DNA from: Malacoraja senta
Taxonomy: Eukaryota
Direction: 5' to 3'
DNA length: 60,000 bases
Assembly: GCA_038087875.1 (NCBI GenBank)
Contig: CM075992.1
Span: forward strand, 5,706,001 to 5,766,000
The position numbers and the translations under genes were made by a program. Every line of letters starts with the position of its first letter. Position 1 is the first letter of the stretch. Shown here piece by piece: positions 47,646-60,000 of the stretch. A model generated the notes under the pieces. That model was not told the DNA's origin, ran no database searches, and worked only from the letters and a program-made list of their open reading frames with translations.

Positions 47646-50600
47646 TTTACACACACATGCACACATCGAACAAAACTAAGCAGAGGGTGGTAATTTATTT
47701 AAGTGCTTTATCTACGCTGCCAAGTGCGATGCCAAATATCAAAAGATGCAATCACCTCCATCCCACCTACATCAATTTCCTCTTTACATTTGCAGACCGT
47801 GTTAAAATATTTGGGAAAAGCATCATTGACCATGAATACTTGCAACAATAGGTAAGTATAAAACAGGTACAATAGCCAATCCTGAACTTATTGCAATTAC
47901 TTTCAATTTCCAAGAACATGCATGGATGTGAAATATTTCCAGATGGTAAATACCATCTTGTGATGCATATTCTTAAGTTCAAAGCAACAATTTACAGCTT
48001 TCTCTTACAATTTTAACCAAGTAACATATTTGAACATACTTCTATGAAGCTTAATGAGAAACATATTGGACAATGCTCAAGGGTTGTGTTTGAAAATATG
48101 GCAAAAGATTAATCAAAGAATCAGCTTTTAAAGGCAGGGTGCGAGGGAAGTAACTGGTTTTGGAAGGACGTCTGGATATTAAGCCTCTGACAACTTGGAA
48201 GCCAAAGGGAATGGAAAAGCAGCCAAATGTAAGGAACAATGATGTTAAACATGGTTTTGGTAGTTAACTCAAAGCAGACTGTCATTTTACAAGAGACAAT
48301 GGATGCAGTTTCTCATATTAATCACCTTTTCGTTACATAAATTTGAACAACTCTTTAATGGTTGACATTTTCACAGGCGTCTTGCTTGATGAACTAGCAA
48401 AATCTGAAGTATTCCATTAGACTGTGACTTGTTCAGATTATAGGATCATGACCTACTTCCATTTTGTGGAAGTGAAAAGTGAATACACAATTTTTATATT
48501 GCATCATGACAATACTTCAAGGATACTTGATGAGGTACTTTAGGACATCATGAAACTAATGCAAGAGGTGTCATATAAATGCAAACCTGTTTTTATTTAA
48601 ATATATTTTGACCACACAAAGGTCTACATTTTCAAAAAATGTTGTTTTTAACCTTAGGCCTCTTTCTTCTACACTTGATCAAATGGATGGGGGAAATGTA
48701 ACAAGTGTATCAGGAAGTGGTGAATAGGAGCCAAAGTGTTGATATCCAATGAGAGGGAAAAAAAGAATCAGGCAAGAATAAAATAAGATATAGAGGAAAA
48801 GAGCAAGAAAATACACCTGGAAACCTTTGGTTCACAAAACACCCCCTCAATGTTTATATTCAGGATAATGGCTTCATTGAACTTCCAGATTGAAAAGATA
48901 ATTACAAATGAGAAGTTTATATTGTCCACTTTAAGACCTACATGGTTCTAATATAGGAACATCTGGATTGTCCAAAATGCAATATCAACATAATTATATG
49001 CAGCCTCTGCTTGATTCTGACAGACCTGGACAGTCTTTAAGGTGCAATCCCTGGTAGAGATGTGTCGGACAAGGTGCAATTATTAAAATATGAGGGTAAT
49101 TATTTCAAATCAGAATTGGAGGAAGAAGAATTGCTTTGGCAGGTTTGAAAATTTGGGGAATTCTTTATCTAAGAGAGCTGTAGAAGCGGATACATCAAAT
49201 ATATTCAAGACCAGTAACAGGTTTATGTGAACATGAAGGAAAAAAGGAGTGACAGCCAAACGGCAGAGTGTCTGTAATTAATACTTTAAAGTATACTCGT
49301 CGTTATGTGACAAATAACTTAATATATAATATCAGAAGCTGATTAAGAGAGAAAATAGTCAACAGGTCGAGAGGTTTAAAGAGGGAACTTCAGTGTGTGG
49401 CCCTTTGGAAGCTGAAAGCACAGACGATAATGGAGAACGATCAAGTTGAAGGAATTTGGGGAAAGTAAATATACTGGAGCACTGCAAAATCAGAGATCAA
49501 GGATTAGGGAGATACAAGGCTATTGCTTTTATTGCCATAATCAAAAGGCAGTGAACAGAGTTAACAGATGGGCAAGAAAGCTAGACCAAGACTGCGTGGG
49601 AATAGTCAAGTCACATGGTAACAAAAAATTATTGGAGGGTTTTGCTAACAAGCAGAGATACTGATTCTGGCAAAGTTCCCAAATTTAAACAGAAGTCGAG
49701 TTGGATGCTTTTCTTAGTCAAATATGACACTATGATTATGAATGATCTGGTTCAGTTACAGGAAGGTAAATGGAAGCAGTAGCTAGGCTTATTTGAATGG
49801 AGGGAATTACGGCCCATTTAAAACTCAGATGTCAAACAAAGCATTGCAACTTAAGAGTCAGTGGAAGGTCAAAAATGGTGAAGTGGCTTCACCTTGACTA
49901 TTCTTGCCAGTAGTCCATTCCTAAGTTGTCTTTCTTCACAGGAAATTTGTACATACCCATCATAAATTGGGATTAAGAGTTTTGAAATGAGTTGTCTGTT
50001 TCTGACTTGTTTTCTTGGTGAAATCTAGTAATTGTTCTAATGCCTAAATATAATCTTCCATTTGTTTCTTTATTGAATGCGCTCAAATGGTAGAATCTTG
50101 GAACAGATAGAGCTAAATAATAAATTCTTCAAGAAACAGTCAATTAGAGTGAAATCATGAAGGTGAAAAGTGTGTCACACCACATGGTGTTTGATGGTCA
50201 GCAGCGACTCCATAGACCGAAAAGCCTATATCCTTGCTGTATCTCCCTGTAAATCCATGACCGTGCAAACAAAGCCTACAAAAAATAAGCAATGCAAGTG
50301 TTGATTTTTAATTAAATGGCAATATTCCCCTACGAATTACAGGGACGGGTGTGAAAGGCATTGAGATTTTGGATAGCAATCAATCTTTAACTTTCATTAA
50401 TAAACCTGAGAAGTACTTATTTATGAGGTTCATTATTTTCTTGCCATTGCTTTCTAATTTCAATTATCTTTTATGATAAGACCGGACATACTTAAATCTA
50501 GCTCAAGTACAATACCAATGCAAACTGGCATCCTTTCCACTTCCAAACTTATACATTACACCACTGCTCTAATCATTTAGAACAAACTGCATACTAATAG

Positions 50601-50872
50601 GGTTGCATCAGTCTCCACTATTGTTCCTGTATCCAGAAAAACAAGGATTACTGGTCTTAATGACTACAAGCCTGTCGCACTGACCTCTGAAATCGTGAGA
50701 ACCCTTGAAAGACTTGTGCTGGCCCACCTGAAAAGTATCACAAACCCCCTGCTAGATAAATAGATCATAGAAGCATACAAAAATAGGTGCGGGAGTAGGC
50801 CATTCAGCCCTTCAATATGATCATGGCTGATCACCCAAAATCAATACCCCGTTCCTGTTTTTCCCCCATATC

Positions 50873-51626
50873 CAGAGCTGCCAAGTTTTGTCAGAGCATT
50901 TCAGTATTCTAGTACCTGAAAATCAGTATTTTGCTGAGGAAATCAGTACTTTTACGAGGTGCCATTTTGCTGAAAAAAAGTTATTTATGTGCAGTCATAC
51001 CCATGTACGAGTACAAGAATGCATAACTTTGCTACCAATTGACATGTCTTCTACGCACCTTACTTGACAGTGCATTCATTGCCATCTCTTTGTATACTGC
51101 TGTTTGAATGGCTGCTTCCTGCTTTTAGCACCAGATGATGTAGAAGCCATTTTGGAAGCCTCCCTCTCCCTCCTTCCTCTCTTTCCCTCCCACCCTCCCT
51201 CTTTCCTTTTTTTCTCCCTCCCTCTCTCCTTCTCCCTCCCCTAACAGTCTGTGACCCATAGCACTGTGGCCATAGCGTTATGTATAAAGGCAATAGTGCT
51301 CCAACTGGGAGCGCTATTTTTAGAACCCATAGCGCTGTTCATTTAAATTCCCAAGCGTTAAAACCTGGAGCAGGACAGGCAGATCAAAGCTTACAAAAAT
51401 AATCATCCAGATTTGAAATTTAAAATACGAATAGATTTAATCTGCTATAATTTTTAGAGATACAGTATGACTTTTTATATCCTTGCATTTTTTAAGCAGC
51501 AAGATGAAACAGGAAGTCGGGCAGATTTTTGTTTAAATCCGCATTTTACAAAGCAAATCCGTACATCCGTATTCTGATCGCATTTCCGTACAAGATACGG
51601 AAAATCCGTACTACTTGGCAGCTCTG
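50873..51626. mobile_element. Non-autonomous TIR DNA transposon (hAT-like) inserted into a minus-strand CR1 tail (50765-50872 and 51627-51705)
   Basis: Perfect 14-bp TIRs cagagctgccaagt and acttggcagctctg; flanks catatc and catatt; subterminal atc(a/c)gta repeats. Confidence 0.8.
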
Positions 51627-52265
51627 CATATTCCTTGATTCCGTTAGCCCTAAGAGCTAAACCTAACTCTCTTGAAAACATCCAGTGAATTGGCCTCCAC
51701 TGCCTTATGTATCTCCACATAGATGTATGGCAGCTTTTTTTTTCCCTTCTGGTTACACGGTGTTAACTGTTGCATACTGCCTATCACTTTCCATGAGTGC
51801 ATTACGACTCAATGGTAATGAAATATGCAGGACAATTCCACCAACACTTTAGTTGGGATGTGCTACGTCTTCTATTACTAGACGAGCATTTGATTTGTGT
51901 GTTCTAGCTACGACAATTGCTGGGATCCTGAAAGTTGTCTCATAACTCAACTATGATTGCCAAAAAGAACCAGGGTTCTCGCCTTAATTTGCAAGGTTGT
52001 GCTTGAAAGTGCATCTGGGTGAATATCATGACGACGTTAGGATCTGGTAATAGCATCAGCCCAACAATTGAAAGCTTGGACCAAACACTAATGGATAAAG
52101 TCCAAAACAGCCAATTTTTTTCTTGTGAAATAATATCCAAGTACAAAGACTTATTATTCCCGATTAATAGTTTCAATTACTGATGACACTGCTTATCTGG
52201 TTACTTTTATTTTGATTTGTGATGCATTGGTCCTGGAACTTTAATAAGTCTCCCCCATTGTTTTT

Positions 52266-52574
52266 TGGTTTTTAGTTTTAGAGATACAGCATGGAAACAG
52301 GCCCTTCAGCCCACCGAGTCCACACCGTCCAGCTATCCCCACACATTAACACTACCCTACATGCGGGACCATTTAAAAAAATATATCGAGCCAAGTAACC
52401 TACAAACCTGTATGTCTTTGGAGTGTGGGAGGAAACCGAAGATCTTGGGGGAAACCCATGCAGGTCACGGGGAGAACGTACAAACTCCATACAGATAGCT
52501 CCCGTAGTCGGGATCGAACCCACGTCACCAGCGCTGCATGGCAGCAACTCTACCGCTGTGCCACCATGCTGCCC
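52266..52574 (-). mobile_element. HE1-like V-SINE, full length (partial minus copies also at ~10027-10160 and ~33000-33150)
   Basis: Reverse complement has A box tggcacagcgg, B box ggttcgatcc and tail gctgtatctctaaaactaaaaa. Confidence 0.85.
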
Positions 52575-55554
52575 ATTGATATCAATTTCTTGCAAGATGC
52601 CTCCAATAAATATCCCAATATTAGACCAGTTTTAGCAGCCCAGGTGACAACCATTTTCTAAACAAAAAGGTTTTTTCCAGAGAGACCACCTGCCACGAAA
52701 CTCCAAAAATTCCATCTGCCCCTATGGAAAAGTTAGTCACAGAATAAGGTTGGTCAAATCCCTCTACTATATGCTATGCAAGATCAATGGAGCACATTTT
52801 ATTTTACATTTCCCTAGCCAGCTTATTGATACATATTTAATAGTGCTCTTCAACCACTACTGACAACAGTCGAGAACTCAAGGACATTCTCAACTTCAGC
52901 AGAATTAATTAGATTAAGCTGTAAAAGACAGATTTTGGGAAATATTGATAATTTTGTATTTCTTGTTTCAAGAGGAACAATTCACGCAGTGAATTCACTG
53001 AAAATAATTTTCCTGCTCTGGATTAGCAATGTTGACTTTGTCAACCAGTTATCCTCTACCTAATCTTAATTTTAAAACAATTACTTGGTAAATTAACAAT
53101 GATTGAGGGGAGGTATTAAGAGTTCTTCTCATTGACCAGACATGGACAAGAGCCAACGCTTTCAGGATGCAAACATTTCCTTTCCTTTCTATTTGAAAGC
53201 TAAACTCCAGTTTCAGATACTCAAAAGCTCACGGTTACATTTCATCTCATTGTGAATATCCAGCTGGGATGTGGGGAAAGAACTGGAAGAACATTTCTCT
53301 CCTCCAACTCTATTAAATGGTGACCGGACTTTCAGCACACAATTAACTGCTCCAGGATCCATTTACTGGACAGAAAAAACTTTTCTCCAACTAAACATTG
53401 ACTGGTCACCGTCGTTACCATTTTTCTTTACGATCTGAAACTATTCACCAATGTTAATGCCATGTTTGACCTCCAACCATACACCTTTGGCATCACAAGA
53501 AAATGAACCGTGCAGCACAAAGACAGGCTCCAGGCCACATGTCTGCGTTGAACAGATAGCACTTTTTGCCAGCTATGTAATGTCACACAACTCTGCCTTC
53601 CCACGCTCAATTGTTGCCAAAAGCCTCATCCATATATTGTTAACTTTAGGCTCAACTTTCCCAGTGCTGTTTCAGCTACCTCCCATGTTCCATCATATAA
53701 ATACAAGAGGTCATTCTTGCCACAGTTCTCCCATTCAAGTTCTGTACATCCATCATCCTGTAAACTCCCTGACCTTTATTGGTTACTTGTTAAGCAGAAA
53801 TCCATTTTAAAATTTAGCATCATTGTCATATTGTTCTACAGCCTCATCTCTTCCCAGTAATCCTCCGAGTCCGACTAATTCCTCCAAATCTGTCTTCTTG
53901 AAAATCCCAAATTTTAATCACAAGCCCACACCTACCAAGACACTAAGCTTTGGTTATCCCCAATTGTTTTTTTCCATCCTTCAAGGTGGTCCTTAAAACC
54001 AACCCGTATCAGCCCTAACATTTTATATGGGTCCACATTAAGGTTTGTTTGACAAAGTTCCTTTGAAGCACGTAAATAACTCTCAATAAAGAATAACTTT
54101 CAGACTGGATCCAGTATCCAGCCCAATATTTTACCCAGCATATTGGTGCGGACATTGGTGCACCCATTGACATTGTAGACTATTCACGAGCACATTCGAG
54201 TTAAACGTGTGTGACCAACACTTGGATGATACAGAAAATATTAACTAATTTGATTACGGAGGGATACGGGAAGGAGCATTAAAAATTCATCTAAAATGTT
54301 AATTGACTTAACAAACAACTTCCCTGCTGGAAAGAATACTGTAAGCTGTTGCAATGACCATAGGTTGCAAAGTACATGTCAACTAAAGACATCTGCAGTC
54401 CTTGTGTTACTTGACAACCCACTATAACTAAAAATTTCCATGACCCAAGAAACAAGCCAAATTCTTTAAATGCACATGAACAATTTGATCAAAACCACAG
54501 AAATCTACTCTGCAATATAAAGGGTGAGCAACTTTTGATGCCAATTATAGGAACCATAAAACCCTTCTGTTAGGCAAAACAAAGAACATCTTCTGGCACA
54601 AGAAATTTACAGACCTATTCCACCACCAGAAATACATATAACACAGTACAGCACAATACAGCACAGGAACAGGCTCTTCAGCCCACAATTCTGTGCCAAA
54701 CATGGGAATTTTAGACAATTAAAAATACAAATTAAAGAGACACCTCTTAATCTTTTTCTCTAACCTTGCCTGAAAATACCAACTCTCAGGGTCACACTTT
54801 CTGAGGCCCATTCCATCTTATCAAATTCTTGACCACATTAATTATATTGTTAACCAAGTACAAGAGCAAGCCCAACTCCTGCATCTATAGACATTCAGGA
54901 AGGAGAAATGGCATTTTTTCCTCCTCAAATTGGAACTGGAGTATTAAAGAATGACAACTTGAGGCTGCAAGTTGACGGCAATATCTGAGTAAGTTTGGAG
55001 AGGGTGGCAGAATACTGGTTGGGTAAGGAGAAGAAAGCAGATTGAAAGAATAGCAAGAGGAGTGAATTACAGGGAGAAGATAAATCAGCTGGCCTATTCA
55101 TTGTACATAACCACTCGGCATGGCTCATTATTTCTTTGCTACATTCATGACCCTGCCTTTGTTTATTTCCAATGACACTTGCTTTCAGATGATAAATTAT
55201 CCTGTTTTTTTTTTTTTTTTTAAGTTGGCCATTTCAGCATGGAAACAAAGGCCATATGTCATTTTGCAGTCAGGGAACCAAAGTCCTTTATGCACAAAGA
55301 GGGCAAGGCAGATGTGAAGGCAATAAATTCCCTTCCCTTCAGATGGCTCACGCATCCCTTTTGAAGCAAGTTCATATTTATTATTTCAGTTGCGTCCAAA
55401 TCGCAATCAATAATTAAGGACATTTCTATTTCCAAAGCAACATTTGATGGTCTGATCTTTTTTTCAGGTAACTACATGCGTATTACTAGCAACACTACTA
55501 CTAGTGTCTGTACACAACACACTACTACTGCAGCTCCTAGACTGTGGAACAGCA

Positions 55555-55780
55555 TCCCCCTTCCCATCAGAACTGCCCCCTCCATCGACTCCTTTAAGTC
55601 AAGACTAAAAACGTATCTATACGCCCAAGCCTTTTTTGACGTCCTCTGAGCGAGGGCTATATGTATATATGTATGTAGTTTGTTTGTTTATACTATTCTT
55701 ATAACAAATGTAAAGCACTTTGGCCAACGAGAGTTGTTTTTTAAATGTGCTATATAAATAAATGTGACTTGACTTGACTG
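55555..55780 (+). mobile_element. L2-like LINE 3' end
   Basis: '...IRTAPSIDSFKSRLKTYL' C-terminus, 'tgtaaagcactttgg...tgctatataaataaa' and (gactt)n tail. Confidence 0.65.
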
Positions 55781-55984
55781 TTTGAATTAACCAAGCTAAT
55801 TGTAGATTGTTTAAACTACTATTATCGTCTTGCAAAAATGTACTCTTAAAAAAAAAAAAAAAAGCTTGATCTTGCCTCAGTTTTTAAGTCATTTTAAATT
55901 GGATGCGTCTGCACTCAAGCCACAAATTTAGCATTGACAGTATCTTCCAGGAACATGGCAAATGTCCAACCAGTCCCTGCAAAC

Positions 55985-57424
55985 CTGTACTGTCCCTGCC
56001 TGCTGCAGTCTCCACTATTGTCCCTGTACCCAAATAGACAAGGATTACTGGTCTTATTGACTACAAGCCTGTCGCACTGACCTCTGTAGTCATGAAGACC
56101 CTTGAAAGACTTGTGCTGACCAAGCTGAAAAATATCCCCTGCTGGACCCTCTGCAGTTTGCATACCGGGCCAATAGATCAGTGGATGACGCAGTCAACCT
56201 AGGCCTGCACTTCATCCTCCAGCACCTAGACCGCCAGGGGACCTATGCAAGGATTTTGTTTGTTGATTTTAGCTCTGCATTCAACACCATTGTGCCAGTG
56301 CTACTACACTCCAAACTCTCCAAGTTGACTGTGCCTGAACCCCTCTGTCAGTGGATCACCAACTTCCTGACAGACAGGAAGCAGCATGTGAGGCTGTGAA
56401 ATCGCATCTCGGACCCACTGACCCTCAGCGTAGGAGCACCGCAAGGCTGCGTACTATCTCCTCTCCTTTACTCGCTCTACACCAACGCCTGTACCACCAG
56501 ACTCCTCTGTCAAGCTTCTCAAGTTTGCGGACGACACAACCCTGATTGGACTGATCCAGGATGGGGAGGAATCTGCTTACAGACAGGAAGTGACACAGCT
56601 GGCGACCTGGTGCCTTCGTAATAACCTGGAGCTCAATGCTCTTAAGACAGTGGAATTGATTGTAGACTTTAGGAGAGCTCCCCCTCCCCTCCCCCCACTC
56701 ACCATCAACAACACCACAGAAACATCTGTGAAGTATTTTAAGTTCCTTGGAAACATCATCTCCAAGGACCTGAAATGGGGGGCCACCATCAACTCCACAG
56801 TCAAAAAGGCCCAACAGAGGATGTACTTCCTGTGGCAGCTGAGGAAACACAATCTGCCACAGGCAATGATGGTCCAATTCTACACTGCCATCATAGTCTG
56901 TCCTCACCTTCTCCATCATGGTCTGGTTTGGCTCAGCCACCAAGCATGACATCCGAAGGCTGCAGCGAAACGTCCGATCAGCTGAAGAGGTTGTTGGCTG
57001 CAACCTTCCCCCCCCCCCCATTGATGAACTGGACACTGCAAGGGCCAGGAAGCGAGCGGGTAAGATCATCTCTGACCCCTCTCACCCTGGCCACAAACTT
57101 TTTGAAGCATTTCCCTCTGGAAGGCAACTCCGGACTGTCAAAGCCGCCACAGCCAGGCATAAAAACAGCTTTTATTCCCCACGAGTAGTAGCTCTACTCA
57201 ATAACCAAAAGTCTGTAGCCTCATTTTGCTCTGGTATTTTATTTCATTCACATGTTTAAACTGTAATGTTTTATTATTAATGTTTAATGTTACGTGTCAC
57301 TCTTAATTGTCACTGTATGTCGTGTTGTTACTTGCGAGCGGAGCACCAAGGCAAATTCCTTGTATGTGAATACTTGGCCAATAAACTTATTCATTCATTC
57401 ATCCATTCGTTCATTCATTCATTC
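55985..57424 (+). mobile_element. 5'-truncated Rex1/Babar LINE (RT and 3' end); a related fragment lies at ~50595-50755
   Basis: DYKPVALTSVVMK, LQFAYRANRSVDDAV, ARILFVDFSSAFNTI, GAPQGC, KFADDTT, NNLELNALKTVELIVDFR; AATAAA followed by a (ttca)n tail. Confidence 0.92.
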
Positions 57425-59854
57425 AAACAAAAACTAGGTTGATACTTTCATATAATGCTTTGAGCACGGTGGAGTGTCAGAGATCCCATAAATTGATAGA
57501 TGATTGATGCAGAAACATTAATTTGATGGTTCTTCAAGAACTGCAGTGTGCAATCAAGGTCCTGCTTCACCTCACTGTTTCTTGTGGAGCCCAGTTTATT
57601 TATGTCTGCTTACACAACAACATTGTTCACTTTGTGATGCCATGTAAAGTTCCATACAGTCTAAATGACTACTGGGAAGGGACCTCTTCTTTCAGGTACA
57701 CAAAAATCTCTTGTGAATCATAGAGCAACTTTAAAAAAAATGAAATGGAACTCTTAAGCACAGGGGTGATAATATGTTCCAGCTCAGCTTTGCAGAATCA
57801 ACTTACTTTAAAAATCATTTAAACTTTTAACAGATGGCTCTCAAGAGCCTCTCTCGCTCACAATATGTATGATAGTCTGAGAAAGTAACAATTCGCAAAT
57901 GAAAATTACCCAATGATCCTTATTCCCAATCTGTTGATTACCAAGTCAAAATACCAAGATTAATGGTTTAATGTTTAAGATGCAAGCAGTACAAATGCTT
58001 ACCATAATTTTATTCACACACAGATACATTGACGTCCCACGAGTTATGAATTGCTAACTGAAGTCATTTGTGTCACATTTAAAATCCCAAAATAGTTTTC
58101 GCAGAATTTTCTTGAGGTTTCTGCTGATGTTTACCACTAACATTTCTCAGCTGCAGCAAACAGTAACCACACTCCACCTTCCAAATATTTTCCCCACTCA
58201 AGTATTTTCTTAAAACACCATCACACTATTCACTGCTTGAAATGAAACTACTCAATTTGCAGACAAGGGCAACAGGCTGAGATGAGTAAACAGCATTTTG
58301 TACAAGAGCTTGTTAGGATCATTAAAATCAAGTTGAAGAAATTACATTGACGTGGGAAATTAAAAAGATAAAGGGCTTTCTGATTGCATGTGGTCATGTT
58401 AATTATTTATGTGACTTGTGATTTTCATTCTCATGTACTGGATTTGCGGTATATTTTCACCAGAGCTTTGTGGAAAAAAATCAGTAGGAATAGAATATTT
58501 ATGAAAGTTATGGCAATCGTTTATCATGTGATTTTTGATGGTACATCTGGTATAAATTGATCATTTTTGATGTTTTGCCAACTTACCTGTGTTGGTGGTC
58601 ACCAAAAACAATGAGGTATATTGCAGGACATAGAAATGTGCAAGATAATTCAGGGACCTATGCGGACCTGGACAGTCTACAACTCAACCCAGCAAGCAAA
58701 CACATTCTTGTTTGTAAACTTGTTTTATTTGAGAAATAATGAAAATAGAAAACTATACAAAGTAAAAAAAATACATATAATTTAACCCCAAATATAGAAA
58801 GTCAACATGCATTGGATACATATTAAACGAGAAAGTAGAAAGAGTAAATAAAATATACCACAAAAGCTGCATTTCTGGTAACAAATATCCAGCTAATAGT
58901 TCATTTTGAAAGGGGCACATTTGACAATTCTGGTCATCAGCTAAGGATGTTGGCGAGTTCACTTAAGCACAACCTCTTCCACCACATATTCAAGCAACGA
59001 TGTTAAACAACTTTTTAAATAACTTTCTGGGATCTCTGAGGCTGAGAGGCAGTTAGAAAACATCCATAAATGCATTTACTCAGCAGTTCACACTTCATAT
59101 AAAATCCAGATTTATTGCAAACCAAGCCAAGTCTCTGTAATAACTGAAAATATTTAAACAATCCTAACTATGGTACATTTAGTTCTGAAAGATTGATTAT
59201 GTACTTTATGCCTCAAATCTAGTTGATGTAATGATGAGGCACATTTGGGAGAAGGGGAGGATATTTCTAATTAGCCTTTGAAAATACCAATTCCCATGTA
59301 CAAACTCGACATTATTGAGATCCACATGAATGCTGTATTGGGAACTCTTGGCAGACTCAAGCGACTTAGAATGGATGTGTTTAAATCTCACAAGAAATGG
59401 TTTGCAGCCATGCCAATTCCAAAGCCCATTGTCACTATGTTCCTGCTTGTACTATCAACAGTTGACAGCAAATAGATTGTGGGATAATTTCAATGGACTC
59501 TGCCTTTTGCATTCCTTCAAAGGTAACACTTCAACTCTTTGGGAGCAAAAATAAACTATGGAATATTAAACGCTTGGATTCCAAGCACAGGCTAACATTC
59601 CTAATTTCCCAATAAACTGAATTCCACAATGCAAGAGGCTGTAATGGAACCAAGTTGTGCAACATTATAAGAATAGAAGAGTGGCAGTTGCCTAGAATGC
59701 CTGGGAGGGTAAAGTTTCCTAAATGATACACCAGTTGGCTTTAGGGATGTCATGATTAAGGAAAGAATGTGGTCTAATATCTCATGCTTACCAATACTAT
59801 CGACATTCTTACGTCAGAGTCCAGCATTGACCCGTTATGAGAGTACAGGCAAAT

Positions 59855-60000
59855 CTAAGGTGGACACAAAACTCTGGAGTAACTCAGCGCGACAGCCAGC
59901 ATCTCTGGAGAGAAGGAATGGGTGGCGTTTCGGGTAGAGACCCTTCTTCAGACTGAGATTGAGAAGGGACTCAACTCGAAACGTCACCCATTCCTTCTCT
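59855..60000. mobile_element. Fold-back Penelope-derived element, running off the window end
   Basis: Minus arm to 59953 ('cgtttcgggtagagacccttcttcagac'), then a plus arm 'gaagggactcaactcgaaacgtcacccattccttctct'. Confidence 0.75.

Noticed and set aside
245..60000. Recurrent ~30-nt hairpin motif (ctgaagaagggtttcggcccgaaac) as a CRISPR repeat or terminator
   Set aside because: Copies are dispersed on both strands, embedded in longer Penelope termini, with no regular spacers or cas genes; the DNA is vertebrate.
45015..60000. Further BRD4 coding exons (ET/SEED region or the short-isoform GPA* exon)
   Set aside because: No matching peptide with splice sites was found by eye; they probably lie beyond the window.

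Overview
Eukaryotic vertebrate genomic DNA. The repeat content (HE1-like V-SINEs, CR1, Rex1/Babar and Penelope elements) points to a cartilaginous fish, probably a skate or ray; this is an inference. Two spliced genes lie on the minus strand. The first is a complete 7-exon alpha/beta-hydrolase epoxide hydrolase of the EPHX3/EPHX4 family (CDS 22823 to 10674; 1095 nt, 364 aa). The second is the last nine coding exons of BRD4 (45014 to stop at 31285), ending in the C-terminal P-TEFb-binding motif [22 protein letters not shown]; its 5' part lies beyond the window. The rest is intron, UTR and intergenic DNA rich in transposon fragments. Main observations: (1) more than a dozen Penelope-derived termini carry a hammerhead-ribozyme-like core, some as fold-back palindromes with 14-bp target duplications; (2) BRD4 has a GC-AG intron, a Q28-A-Q10-A-Q7 tract and an apparent 1-nt frameshift; (3) a Harbinger MITE carries templated copies of nearby host DNA; (4) two CAG-terminated TIR elements have 6-bp target duplications; (5) a Tigger5/MER47-like element is split by an L1. 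No prokaryotic-type system such as CRISPR is present. All family names come from motif recognition and recall, not from database searches.
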